From an uncultured Chitinophagales bacterium (GTDB taxonomy: Bacteria; Bacteroidota; Bacteroidia; Chitinophagales; UBA8649), in the NCBI GenBank assembly GCA_963932515.1, contig CAWVRT010000004.1, forward strand, positions 10,925 to 74,924: a stretch of 64,000 nucleotides of DNA, given 5' to 3'. Below the pieces are notes generated by a model. The model was not told the DNA's origin and did not search any database. It saw only the letters and a program-made list of their open reading frames with translations. The translations under genes and the position numbers were made by a program. Within the stretch, counting starts at the first letter, position 1. Every line of letters starts with the position of its first letter. Of this stretch, positions 30,350-39,783 are shown piece by piece.

Positions 30350-30486
30350 TCTTTTAAAATTGACCCATTTTCTTTATTTATAAGCTATAAACATTATAGC
30401 TGTTGATTGGTTTTTATGGTTTTAGCATGGTTTTAGCAATAAATAAAATAATTTAGCATTTTTAATATTAAAAAATCAAATTTCTT

Positions 30487-33411
30487 ATGTTTTGGAGAGC
30501 TGTACACATATCATTAATTTTCATTTTCAGTATTGGCGTTTTTGGCTTTCAAAAGACTAGCTCTATTGAGCAAGAAGATAATTTAGTTTATGAAATTAAT
30601 AAACGAAACTGGATTGATTCTGTTACTAATTCTTTAAGCTTAGAAGAAAAAGTAGCCCAATTTTTTATGGCCGCAGTATATACAAATAAAGATAATGCTC
30701 ATAAACAAGAAATATATTCTTTAGTAAAAAATAATAAAATTGGTGGCTTAATCTTTTTTCAAGGACACCCTACAAAACAAGCACAATGGATAAATGATTA
30801 CCAATATGCCAGTAATATTCCTCTAATGGTTTCTATAGATGGGGAATGGGGAATCAACATGCGCTTGGATAGTACAATTCGTTATCCCAGACAATTAACA
30901 CTTGGCGCAATTCAAGATAATAATTTGATTTACAACATGGGTAAACGTATTGCGCAAGAATGTAAAGTAGTCGGTGTAAATATTAACCTGGCTCCGGTTA
31001 TAGATGTCAATAACAACCCAAACAACCCAGTAATAAACGATAGAAGTTTTGGAGAAGATAAATATAATGTAGCCCAAAAAGGTTTGGCTTACATGAAAGG
31101 CATGCAAGATCAACAAATTATGGCTGTCGGTAAGCATTTTCCTGGCCATGGCGATACAGATGCAGATTCTCATAAAACACTTCCAGTTATTTTACATAAG
31201 CTAGATAGGTTAAAAGATATTGAATTTTATCCTTTCAAAAAATTATTTACTAATGGACTACAAGGGGTAATGGCCGCTCACTTACACATCCCAGCATTAG
31301 ATGATAGAGAAAATAGAGCTGTTTCGTTATCTAAAAAAGTAACTACTCATTTACTGAGAGACAGTTTAGGTTTTAAAGGTTTAGTTTTTTCTGATGCTTT
31401 AAATATGAAAGGCGTTTCCGCTTTTTTTGCTCCAGGAGAAGTCGATAAAGAAGCTTTTTTAGCAGGAAATGATATTTTACTATTTTCTGAAGATATCAAA
31501 AAAGGAATTTCTTTAATTAAAAAATCCGTAGTAGATAAAGAAATTACTGAAGAATACATTAATACTCGATTAGCTAAAGTTTTAGAATACAAATATGAAC
31601 TAGGTTTAAAGAAGAAACCTTTTATCTCAACTAAAAATATAAATAGTTATTTAGTGAACAAAGAAGGAAAAGCTATTCAAAAAGAACTTTTTGAAAAAGC
31701 TTTAACGGTAGTAGTCAATGAAGAAAGTTTAATTCCATTAAACAAAGATAGAAACATTAAAATTGCATCTCTTTCTATCGGAAAATCTGCAGTAGCTGAC
31801 ATGTTTAAAAAGATAAAAGGCTTTAGAGAAATTACCAACTTTAGCACTTCAACTTATTCTTTAGAAAAATTAGCAAAATTTGATCAAGTAATTATATCAG
31901 TTTATGGTATGAGTAGATATGCTAGTAAAAACTATGGTTTTTCTGAAACTGAATTGAACATTATTAAAGCCATCAATAAAAAGACGAAAGTTATTCTAGT
32001 ACTTTTTGGTTCTCCGTATAGTTTAAAACATTTTAATGATTTTAAAAACATTATCGTTGCTTACGAAAAAAATAATATTACCGAAAATGCAGTAACTAAC
32101 TTATTGATAAATTCTATTGGCTCTTTTGGGAAATTACCCGTTTCTGCGGGTATGTTTAAATTCGGTATGGGAGAAAACATTGAAGCTTCATCAAAATTGA
32201 AATATACTAGTCCAGAAGATTTATTTATTAATAAGATCTACCTTAAAAAAATAGATAGCATCATGAATTTTGCTATTAAAGATAAAGCAACTCCTGGAGG
32301 GCAAATACTCATTGCAAAAGATGGACAAGTATTTTATGATAAGGCTTTTGGAAATTTTGAGTATGAAAACAATCAATTAGTCAATAACAATTCTCTTTAT
32401 GATGTAGCTTCTATTACTAAAATAATAGGTACTACACTTTCTGTTATGAAACTGTATGAAGACAAAGAAATTGATTTAGACAAAACTGTTAAAGATTATT
32501 TACCTGAATTTGACACTACGAAAGTCGGTGATATAACTATTCGTTCTATGTTACTTCACCAATCAGGTTTACCTGGTTGGATTCCCTTTTATGTTCGTTC
32601 TATCAAAGATTCTGTTTATGATAATTGGTACCAATCTAGCCCAAATACATCATTCTGTATTCCCGTTGCAGAAGACATGTATATGTGTACAGATTCTACA
32701 AAAATTATTTGGGATATTATTGGCAGGCAAGACGTAAAAGAAGAGCCTAAATATAGATATAGCGATATCGGTTTTTATTTATTGAAAATAATTATAGAAA
32801 CAGTAAGTAAACAAAAAATTGAAGACTATGTAGATCAACAATTCTATCAACCCTTAGGATTGACACATACTACTTATTTACCCTTAAAAAAGTTTGATAA
32901 AAACAGAATAGTTCCCTCAGAGAATGATCAGTATTTTAGAAAACAAAAAGTTCAAGGTTATGTTCACGATATGGGCGCTGCAATGCTGGGCGGAGTAAGT
33001 GGTCATGCAGGTATTTTTTCTACCGCACAAGATTTATCAGTTATTCTACAAATGTTGTTGAACAAAGGAACTTATGGTAATATGAGATTATTTGACTCTG
33101 AAACAGTAGATTATTTTACGACTAGAAAACTAGAAGATAACAGAAGAGGTTTAGGTTTTGATAAGCCTGTTTTAGAAAGAGATGGCTCTGGACCAACATC
33201 TGATCTATGTTCATTAGAGACTTTTGGGCATTCTGGGTTTACAGGATGTGTTATGTGGGCAGACCCAACTTACGACTTAATTTATATTTTCTTATCAAAT
33301 AGAACCTACCCTACAATGGATAACAGGAAATTGATAAAAGAAAACATTAGAACCAATATCCAAAATATGGTTTATCATAGTATTGGCGTAGATAGTTTAA
33401 TAAATGATTAG
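30487..33411 (+). CDS. fusion protein: GH3 beta-N-acetylhexosaminidase (NagZ-like) plus serine hydrolase / beta-lactamase-like domain
   Basis: 974 aa. The GH3 half has SIDGEWG, NLAPVIDVN and KHFPGHGDTDADSH. The C-terminal half has the SxxK motif (ASITK), YSD and a HSGFTG triad, typical of class C beta-lactamase/esterase folds. Confidence 0.85.
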   Translation: MFWRAVHISLIFIFSIGVFGFQKTSSIEQEDNLVYEINKRNWIDSVTNSLSLEEKVAQFFMAAVYTNKDNAHKQEIYSLVKNNKIGGLIFFQGHPTKQAQWINDYQYASNIPLMVSIDGEWGINMRLDSTIRYPRQLTLGAIQDNNLIYNMGKRIAQECKVVGVNINLAPVIDVNNNPNNPVINDRSFGEDKYNVAQKGLAYMKGMQDQQIMAVGKHFPGHGDTDADSHKTLPVILHKLDRLKDIEFYPFKKLFTNGLQGVMAAHLHIPALDDRENRAVSLSKKVTTHLLRDSLGFKGLVFSDALNMKGVSAFFAPGEVDKEAFLAGNDILLFSEDIKKGISLIKKSVVDKEITEEYINTRLAKVLEYKYELGLKKKPFISTKNINSYLVNKEGKAIQKELFEKALTVVVNEESLIPLNKDRNIKIASLSIGKSAVADMFKKIKGFREITNFSTSTYSLEKLAKFDQVIISVYGMSRYASKNYGFSETELNIIKAINKKTKVILVLFGSPYSLKHFNDFKNIIVAYEKNNITENAVTNLLINSIGSFGKLPVSAGMFKFGMGENIEASSKLKYTSPEDLFINKIYLKKIDSIMNFAIKDKATPGGQILIAKDGQVFYDKAFGNFEYENNQLVNNNSLYDVASITKIIGTTLSVMKLYEDKEIDLDKTVKDYLPEFDTTKVGDITIRSMLLHQSGLPGWIPFYVRSIKDSVYDNWYQSSPNTSFCIPVAEDMYMCTDSTKIIWDIIGRQDVKEEPKYRYSDIGFYLLKIIIETVSKQKIEDYVDQQFYQPLGLTHTTYLPLKKFDKNRIVPSENDQYFRKQKVQGYVHDMGAAMLGGVSGHAGIFSTAQDLSVILQMLLNKGTYGNMRLFDSETVDYFTTRKLEDNRRGLGFDKPVLERDGSGPTSDLCSLETFGHSGFTGCVMWADPTYDLIYIFLSNRTYPTMDNRKLIKENIRTNIQNMVYHSIGVDSLIND

Positions 33412-33474
33412 CTTCTGTAAAAGTGCTAGTTTATTAAATTTTAGTATATTTATAGACTAACAAACTAAATTTCC

Positions 33475-35142
33475 ATGAAAAAGTATTTATTTATTGTATT
33501 AATAAGCTTTATTAGTTCAACTATTTATTCTCAAGACACTTATGAAGATGTTTACAATGTATTTCAAAGTAAATGTATGCCCTGTCATAATTCAGCTAAT
33601 CAAACTTCTTCTTTGAATCTAGAAGGTATTGGTACAAATACAGCTCAAAAAATGGCAGATGTTTATGCTAAACTATATAAACAAACGCCTGCAAATTCTG
33701 TTGCGACAGCCAACAAAAACTTTTTAATTTATCCTGGAGATCCCTACAAAAGTTTTTTATATCGAAAAATGGACCATGGTTTAACTGCTGGACTTCAGTT
33801 AGAAACAGGTGAAGGTGCTGCTATGCCAGTTTATGGTGGTAGTAGTGTGGCAGATAAAGAAATAGAATTGGTAAGACAATGGATTCTTTATGGTGCACAA
33901 GAAACTGGGGTGACTTTCGATAAAACATTAATGGAAGATTATTATGACAATGGCGGAATAGAATCTATAGTAAACCCACCAATGCCACCGGCACCAGGAG
34001 AAGGATTTCAAATTCACTTAGGTCCTTATTACATTGACGCAGGTGATGAAATTGAATATTTTTCTAAATATGATTTATTGCTTGATAGTGATTTAGAGAT
34101 TTACAAAATTCAAACTGAAATGGGTTCTTTTTCACATCATTTTATTGTTTATAAATTTTCATCAACTTTTGGAAATGTAGATCCAAATTTAGTTCCTTAC
34201 GGCATGCGCGAAGGGCAAGATTTTGATGGCAGAGAATTTGTATCGGTAGCTCAATATTCAAACACGCTAAACGTTCCTAATGGTGCTGCTTTTTTATGGC
34301 CTCAAGAATCTGTTTTAGATTTGAATACACACTACATCAATTACTCTAGCACACAAGTTCTAAAATGTGAAGTGTTTTATAATGTTTATACCCAAGCTAG
34401 TGGAACAGCCAATCAAGTAATGGAAGTAATCTTAGTTCCGAATATGAACATTCCTATTCCAAATGATAATGTTTCGGTTACTTTTCAAGATGTTTTTTCA
34501 ATTCCTGCAGATATAGATATATTTGTTTGGGGTATAACGTCTCACACCCATGCTTATGGGAAAGATTTTAACATATTCAAAAGAACTTCTTTAGGTACTA
34601 GAGGAGAACAAATATATGATGCTGGTTGTGCCAATGGAATACCCGGTTGCAACTTAGAAGATTTTGATTATTCTCATTTACCTATTCGATTTTTTAGCCC
34701 TTTTGAAATTATTAACCTTCAAGACGGAATAGACTATGAAGCTACTTATGAAAATGATGGCCCTACTTCAGTAAATTGGGGATTTACTTCTTCAGATGAA
34801 ATGATGATTTTTGTTGCATTTTATTTATTAGACACAACGGGGGTTGATATGGGTGAGCCACTTCCACCAGACACTACGGTAAATACAGCCATAAAAGATC
34901 AGACACCAATTGATGAATTAAAGGCATACCCAAACCCTACTGGAAATTTATTAAATTTTAAAATAGAACAAGGTGAAAGTTATACTTTAGTAATTTATGA
35001 TATCAACGGGAGTAAAATACTTGATAAAATAGCTAACAAAGATGCTACATTTGATGTTTCAACCTGGACAAACGGTCTTTATTTCTACTTACTTAAAAAA
35101 GATGATAAATTTATTGCGCAAGGAAAGTTTTTGAAGAATTAG
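33475..35142 (+). CDS. T9SS-secreted protein with N-terminal CxxCH motif and PHM/DBH-like copper monooxygenase ligand pattern
   Basis: 555 aa. Signal peptide; CMPCH at aa 34-38; HH 221-222; H 286; HTH 357-359; DEMM 441-444. The C-terminal ~75 aa (KAYPNPTGNLLNF...GLYFYLLK) looks like a type A T9SS sorting domain. Confidence 0.6.
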   Translation: MKKYLFIVLISFISSTIYSQDTYEDVYNVFQSKCMPCHNSANQTSSLNLEGIGTNTAQKMADVYAKLYKQTPANSVATANKNFLIYPGDPYKSFLYRKMDHGLTAGLQLETGEGAAMPVYGGSSVADKEIELVRQWILYGAQETGVTFDKTLMEDYYDNGGIESIVNPPMPPAPGEGFQIHLGPYYIDAGDEIEYFSKYDLLLDSDLEIYKIQTEMGSFSHHFIVYKFSSTFGNVDPNLVPYGMREGQDFDGREFVSVAQYSNTLNVPNGAAFLWPQESVLDLNTHYINYSSTQVLKCEVFYNVYTQASGTANQVMEVILVPNMNIPIPNDNVSVTFQDVFSIPADIDIFVWGITSHTHAYGKDFNIFKRTSLGTRGEQIYDAGCANGIPGCNLEDFDYSHLPIRFFSPFEIINLQDGIDYEATYENDGPTSVNWGFTSSDEMMIFVAFYLLDTTGVDMGEPLPPDTTVNTAIKDQTPIDELKAYPNPTGNLLNFKIEQGESYTLVIYDINGSKILDKIANKDATFDVSTWTNGLYFYLLKKDDKFIAQGKFLKN

Positions 35143-35210
35143 GTTTAAACCTGTTTTTCAGTGCTATTTTTTATAAATAAATATACTTCAAAGGAATTGA
35201 CAGTGTTTTT

Positions 35211-36092
35211 TTACAAACCTCTCATCCATTCTTTTCTTAAAACTTCATTATGGTCTAAACCATGGTTTATTTGCTGTAAAAAGCTAGTTTTATCTTTTCC
35301 TAAAACCCCTTTTAATACTAAGTAGTTAGACGCATGATCACTTCTAAAAATAGTGGCGTTTAAATCTAAGTTTTCTATGAACGTTTTTAATTCGATTAAT
35401 AATTCCATTTTATTCATTTCGATATAATCACCTTTGAATTCTTGCTTGTACTTTTCTACACCAAACGGAAAGCTTAACACCAATGTAGAAGCATAATCTG
35501 GCTGTGTTTCATTCAACAACTGTGCAGATTTCAAGGCATGTTGTTGTGTATGTTTTCGTCCACCTAAACCAGTTAAAACCATTACAGAAGATTTAATACC
35601 TGCTTCTTTCAATTTAAGCAACGCAGTTTTCGAACTTTCAAAAGTTTCTTTCTTAGTAATCAAATCCAATAATTCATCATCTCCAGACTCTATACCAATA
35701 TACAGCATTTCAATACCTGCTACTTTTAGCTGTTTTAGCTCTTCAATACTTTTCTTATTAATATTACTGGGCAAGGCATAAGAAGAAATCCTTCTAACGT
35801 TTGGGAATACAGTGTTTACTTCCGTACAAATTTGCAATAGTTTTTTGGTAGACAATACAAATGCATCGCCATCTGCTAAAAACACTTTTTGTACTGGAAT
35901 ATTCAATTTAGCAACCGCCTGAATTTCTTTTTGAATATCTTCAAAACGTCTAGTCGTAAATTTTTTGGTTTTGTACATCTCGCAAAACGCACAATCATTA
36001 TTACTGCAACCAATCGTAACTTGTAATATTAATGATTTAGCTTCACTTGGTGGTCTAAATAAGGGTTCTTGATAATTTATTGGAAACGACAT
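35211..36092 (-). CDS. radical SAM protein
   Basis: 293 aa. Cluster motif GCSNNDCAFCEMY (spacing Cx4Cx2C as read), a GDAF SAM-binding-like block and GIESGDDELL. Confidence 0.75.
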   Translation of the reverse strand: MSFPINYQEPLFRPPSEAKSLILQVTIGCSNNDCAFCEMYKTKKFTTRRFEDIQKEIQAVAKLNIPVQKVFLADGDAFVLSTKKLLQICTEVNTVFPNVRRISSYALPSNINKKSIEELKQLKVAGIEMLYIGIESGDDELLDLITKKETFESSKTALLKLKEAGIKSSVMVLTGLGGRKHTQQHALKSAQLLNETQPDYASTLVLSFPFGVEKYKQEFKGDYIEMNKMELLIELKTFIENLDLNATIFRSDHASNYLVLKGVLGKDKTSFLQQINHGLDHNEVLRKEWMRGL

Positions 36093-36131
36093 TGTATAAT
36101 TTTCTGTAAATTTACGCTATTAAATAAAACT

Positions 36132-36980
36132 ATGAAAACAACTACCACAGAAAAAGAACTTCAAGGATTATTGGCACCTTTCAAAAAAGAAGGAAAAACC
36201 ATTGGTTTTATACCTACAATGGGCGCTTTGCATTCGGGACATATTTCTTTAATCACGGCAGCTAAAAAAGAATGTGATATTGTTATTTGTAGCATTTTTG
36301 TAAACCCTACCCAGTTTGATAAACAAGAAGATTTAGTTAGTTACCCGATTACAATAGAAGCTGATTCTAAATTACTTTCTGATGCAGCTTGCGATTTTTT
36401 GATTATACCTTCTGTTCAAGAAGTTTACCCAACAGGAAAAGATGACTATGACGCACCAGCTATTGGTAGAATTGTAAACGTAATGGAAGGGAAGCATAGA
36501 AAAGGCCATTTTAATGGCGTAATGCAAGTTGTAGAAAGATTAATGAGAATGACTGCCGCTACGCATCTATACATGGGCTTGAAAGACTACCAACAATATT
36601 TAATTTGTTGGAAAATGGCAGAAGCCGTTGGCTTGGATATTGAAATGAGAGGCATGCCGACAGTAAGAGAAAAAGATGGCTTGGCAAAGAGTTCTAGAAA
36701 TGTACGTTTAACAAAACAAGGAAGACAAACGGCTATTTGTATAAGTAAAAGACTTAAAAAATCGAAAACTTTATTACCTATAAATAATATTAAAAGATTG
36801 GAGAAAAAGGCAAAAGAATATTTCGACAAAGAACCAGGAATAGACTTAGAATACTTTGAAGTGGTAGACAGAGATACCCTTATGAAACCTATCGGAAATA
36901 ACAAAAAAGACAATTTAATTGCTTTGATGGCAGCTTGGGTAGATGGTGTTCGGTTGATTGATAATATAGTCTTAAGTTGA
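36132..36980 (+). CDS. panC: pantoate--beta-alanine ligase
   Basis: Contains GFIPTMGALHSGHISLI (HxGH) and SIFVNPTQF. The start is moved to ATG 36132, because the track start at 36069 overlaps the divergent radical SAM gene. Confidence 0.9.
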   Translation: MKTTTTEKELQGLLAPFKKEGKTIGFIPTMGALHSGHISLITAAKKECDIVICSIFVNPTQFDKQEDLVSYPITIEADSKLLSDAACDFLIIPSVQEVYPTGKDDYDAPAIGRIVNVMEGKHRKGHFNGVMQVVERLMRMTAATHLYMGLKDYQQYLICWKMAEAVGLDIEMRGMPTVREKDGLAKSSRNVRLTKQGRQTAICISKRLKKSKTLLPINNIKRLEKKAKEYFDKEPGIDLEYFEVVDRDTLMKPIGNNKKDNLIALMAAWVDGVRLIDNIVLS

Positions 36981-37120
36981 TATTGTTGCTAATTACTTGC
37001 TTTATATTTAAAGTTTTAAAATGTTAAAAAGTATCTTTTTGGATTTCAGATACAATAAGAGGGAAGAATCTGCCGTTTTAGAAGCAAATCAATTATTTTG
37101 ATAACCCTATAAACCCACCT

Positions 37121-37357
37121 ATGAAAACAAAATTTACTTTAGAACACTTATTTCTTTACCACTATAACGAGATGAATCTGATGGATTCTTTGGCTATAGA
37201 ACATCTTATTGAAATAGATGAAACCTTTCGGAAAGAGAATTCCAAAATTGTAGCCATGATGGAATTATTAGATACCGAAAAAACAAAACCAAGTACTTCT
37301 AGTATTAAAATGATATTAGACTATGATAAGACCAGCTCTAGCGAAATGGCTTATTAA
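37121..37357 (+). CDS. hypothetical small protein
   Basis: 78-aa ORF in otherwise empty intergenic space, with no recognisable motif. Coding status is uncertain. Confidence 0.3.
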   Translation: MKTKFTLEHLFLYHYNEMNLMDSLAIEHLIEIDETFRKENSKIVAMMELLDTEKTKPSTSSIKMILDYDKTSSSEMAY

Positions 37358-37624
37358 TAAAATTGTATTTCATTCAATAGCTAACAACTAAATAGCAACT
37401 TTCTCCATTTTTTCACAAACTCTGATTTACATTATCGTTGTTATAAGATTAAAAGACAGTTACATGTCCTTTTAAAACACAAAAATAAATTATTAATAAT
37501 ACTTTAAATACTAAAATATAGCGGCTATTTGTTTTGTCATGGATTTGTAATTTTTACTTTTTAAAAATATTTAAACGCATTTTCACAATGTTTATATCGA
37601 TATTTGCATTGGTAAAAATAGGTA

Positions 37625-38887
37625 ATGAACATAGCAAAAGAAATCTTTATTTTAGGCAGGAAATATAATGCAACAAACAATGCATTAGATAAGCTTTTGA
37701 AAGAAAATGTACAAGCTTTTGAAGAAACTATAAATAATATAAACTCTTCAGAATTTGATAGTTTAATATGTTTATCTACCTGTAATAGGTTTGAAATAAT
37801 TGGTAAAGGCGAATACAGCAAAATTTATACTATTTTAAAAAATAAGTTTCCCCTCTTTCTAGAACTTGAAGCTATATTTTATTTCAAAAAAGGAAATGAT
37901 GCCATAGCTCATATTTTTAAAATGCCTAGTGGTTTAGATTCTAATATTCTAGGCGACGTTGAGATTTTAGGGCAATTTAAAAATGCCTGTAAAGCAGCAA
38001 AACAGCAAAAGAAAATTTGCTCCTACATGGAACGGTTGATAAACACAAGTTTGCAATCATCTAAAGAAATTAGAGACAAAACCAACATTACAAATGGAAC
38101 TACCTCTTTATCTTATGCAGCCATTGAAATTATTAAGAATCGAAACATCTCTATAAACCACTCTATTTTATTGATAGGTTTAGGGAAATTTGGTAAAAGT
38201 ATTGCAAAGAATATTAAAGAATATTTTCCTGAGAACCCCTTGAGTATAGTCAATAGGACTTTAGAAAAAAGTAAAGTTATTACGCAAGAATTAAACTGTC
38301 AATATTTTCTATTTGAAGACTTAGCTACAAATATTGATCAATACGATATTATAATATCTGCAATCGATAGTAATCTAAAACAAAATAGTGCTTTAACAAA
38401 TTCCATTTCCCCCAAATTAATAATAGACCTTTCTGTGCCATCCTTTTTTGATAATACCATTTCAGAAAAAAAGAACATTGATTATATAGATATTTCTGAA
38501 GCATCTGTGATAATCAACAAAGCTTTATCTAACAGAACCGATAGCCTACCCAAAGCAAATATTATTATTGAAAAATATAAAAAGGAATTTACCGACTGGG
38601 TTATTATAAATCAAAAGTATTTAAAACATTGGAGAAATAAAATAAATTCTATTTCTCATGATTGTGAGCAATTTGAAAGTTTCCAAAAGATAGAGACTGA
38701 AAAAATTCTTAATAAAAGCATCGGAGAATATGTCGTTTACGTCAAAAAAAATAAAGACAAAAAATCAAAAGAAACTTTAATGTTGGATTTTGCTACTAAA
38801 AACATGGAAAACAACTGTTTAGTAAACAAATATTCCCATTTAAAAAACCCTGTTAACTGTAACAAATGTCAAGTCAAATACTCATAG
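37625..38887 (+). CDS. hemA: glutamyl-tRNA reductase
   Basis: 420 aa. Catalytic Cys block CLSTCNRFEII, plus HIFKMPSGLDSNILGDVEILGQFK and the NADPH site LLIGLGKFG. A near-consensus -7 box, GATATTTG, lies at 37599-37606. Confidence 0.85.
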   Translation: MNIAKEIFILGRKYNATNNALDKLLKENVQAFEETINNINSSEFDSLICLSTCNRFEIIGKGEYSKIYTILKNKFPLFLELEAIFYFKKGNDAIAHIFKMPSGLDSNILGDVEILGQFKNACKAAKQQKKICSYMERLINTSLQSSKEIRDKTNITNGTTSLSYAAIEIIKNRNISINHSILLIGLGKFGKSIAKNIKEYFPENPLSIVNRTLEKSKVITQELNCQYFLFEDLATNIDQYDIIISAIDSNLKQNSALTNSISPKLIIDLSVPSFFDNTISEKKNIDYIDISEASVIINKALSNRTDSLPKANIIIEKYKKEFTDWVIINQKYLKHWRNKINSISHDCEQFESFQKIETEKILNKSIGEYVVYVKKNKDKKSKETLMLDFATKNMENNCLVNKYSHLKNPVNCNKCQVKYS

Positions 38888-39783
38888 GAACTCGCAAGAG
38901 TCCACTGGCACAGTGGCAAGCACAATATATTAGAAAACTACTTTCCAATATGGGGTATGAAACTAAAATAGTTTTAATAGAAAGTTCTGGAGATAAGGAT
39001 TTATTAACACCTCTTTACGAAATAGGCATACAAGGTATTTTTACAAAATCATTAGATAATGCACTAATAAACAACCAGGTAGACATAGCCGTACATTCCC
39101 TAAAAGATGTACCTACTCGCTTAGCCAAAGGTTTAATATTGGCAGCTATTCCAAAAAGAGCAAATGCCTTAGATTTATTAGTTTTAAAAAATGATTACGA
39201 CTTAAAACAAGATTATACAATAGCCACTAGCAGTTTAAGAAGAAAGGCACAGTGGCTACACAAGTACCCCAATCATTCTGTAGTAAACATTAGAGGCAAC
39301 GTAAATTTACGTTTAGAAAAGTTAGAAAATAATCAAAACTGGGATGCCGCAATATTTGCCCAAATAGGGCTAGAAAGGTTAAAAATAAACCCTCCAAAAA
39401 TAGAGCAATTAAACTGGATGTTACCAGCACCAGCACAAGGAGCACTTGGCGTTTTTTGTAGAAGTGACGATAAAGAAATGGAAGTGATTTGTGAGCAACT
39501 AAACGATCCAAATTCAAATTTAGAAGTAAGTATTGAAAGAACTATTCTAAGAGCTTGCCTAGGAGGCTGTACATTACCTTTAGGTGCTTTTGCAAAAATA
39601 GAGAATAATTTGCTTAGCATTGTGACAAACATTACAAGCGTAGATGGTAAACAGACTTCCAAAATAGAAGAATGTTTAGTAATAGATCATCCCGAAAAAA
39701 TAGGAATAAAAATAGCTAAGAAACTATTAGAAAATGGAGGTCAAGAAATATTAGATACCATAAATAACGCTAAAAATGACTAA
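38866..39783 (+). CDS. hemC: hydroxymethylbilane synthase (porphobilinogen deaminase)
   Basis: 305 aa with IGTRKSPLAQWQA, VHSLKDVP and RGNVNLRLEKL. It overlaps the hemA 3' end by 22 nt. Confidence 0.9.
   Translation: MSSQILIGTRKSPLAQWQAQYIRKLLSNMGYETKIVLIESSGDKDLLTPLYEIGIQGIFTKSLDNALINNQVDIAVHSLKDVPTRLAKGLILAAIPKRANALDLLVLKNDYDLKQDYTIATSSLRRKAQWLHKYPNHSVVNIRGNVNLRLEKLENNQNWDAAIFAQIGLERLKINPPKIEQLNWMLPAPAQGALGVFCRSDDKEMEVICEQLNDPNSNLEVSIERTILRACLGGCTLPLGAFAKIENNLLSIVTNITSVDGKQTSKIEECLVIDHPEKIGIKIAKKLLENGGQEILDTINNAKND

Noticed and set aside
5121-37624. Long intergenic regions (5121-5360, 9076-9319, 11164-11363, 21678-21879, 27602-27833, 37358-37624) examined for tmRNA, RNase P RNA, SRP RNA, 6S RNA or riboswitches.
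   Set aside because: I saw no recognisable conserved cores (no tRNA-like acceptor/T-arm, no P4-type pseudoknot motifs, no riboswitch boxes). Covariance-model scanning would be needed to be definitive.
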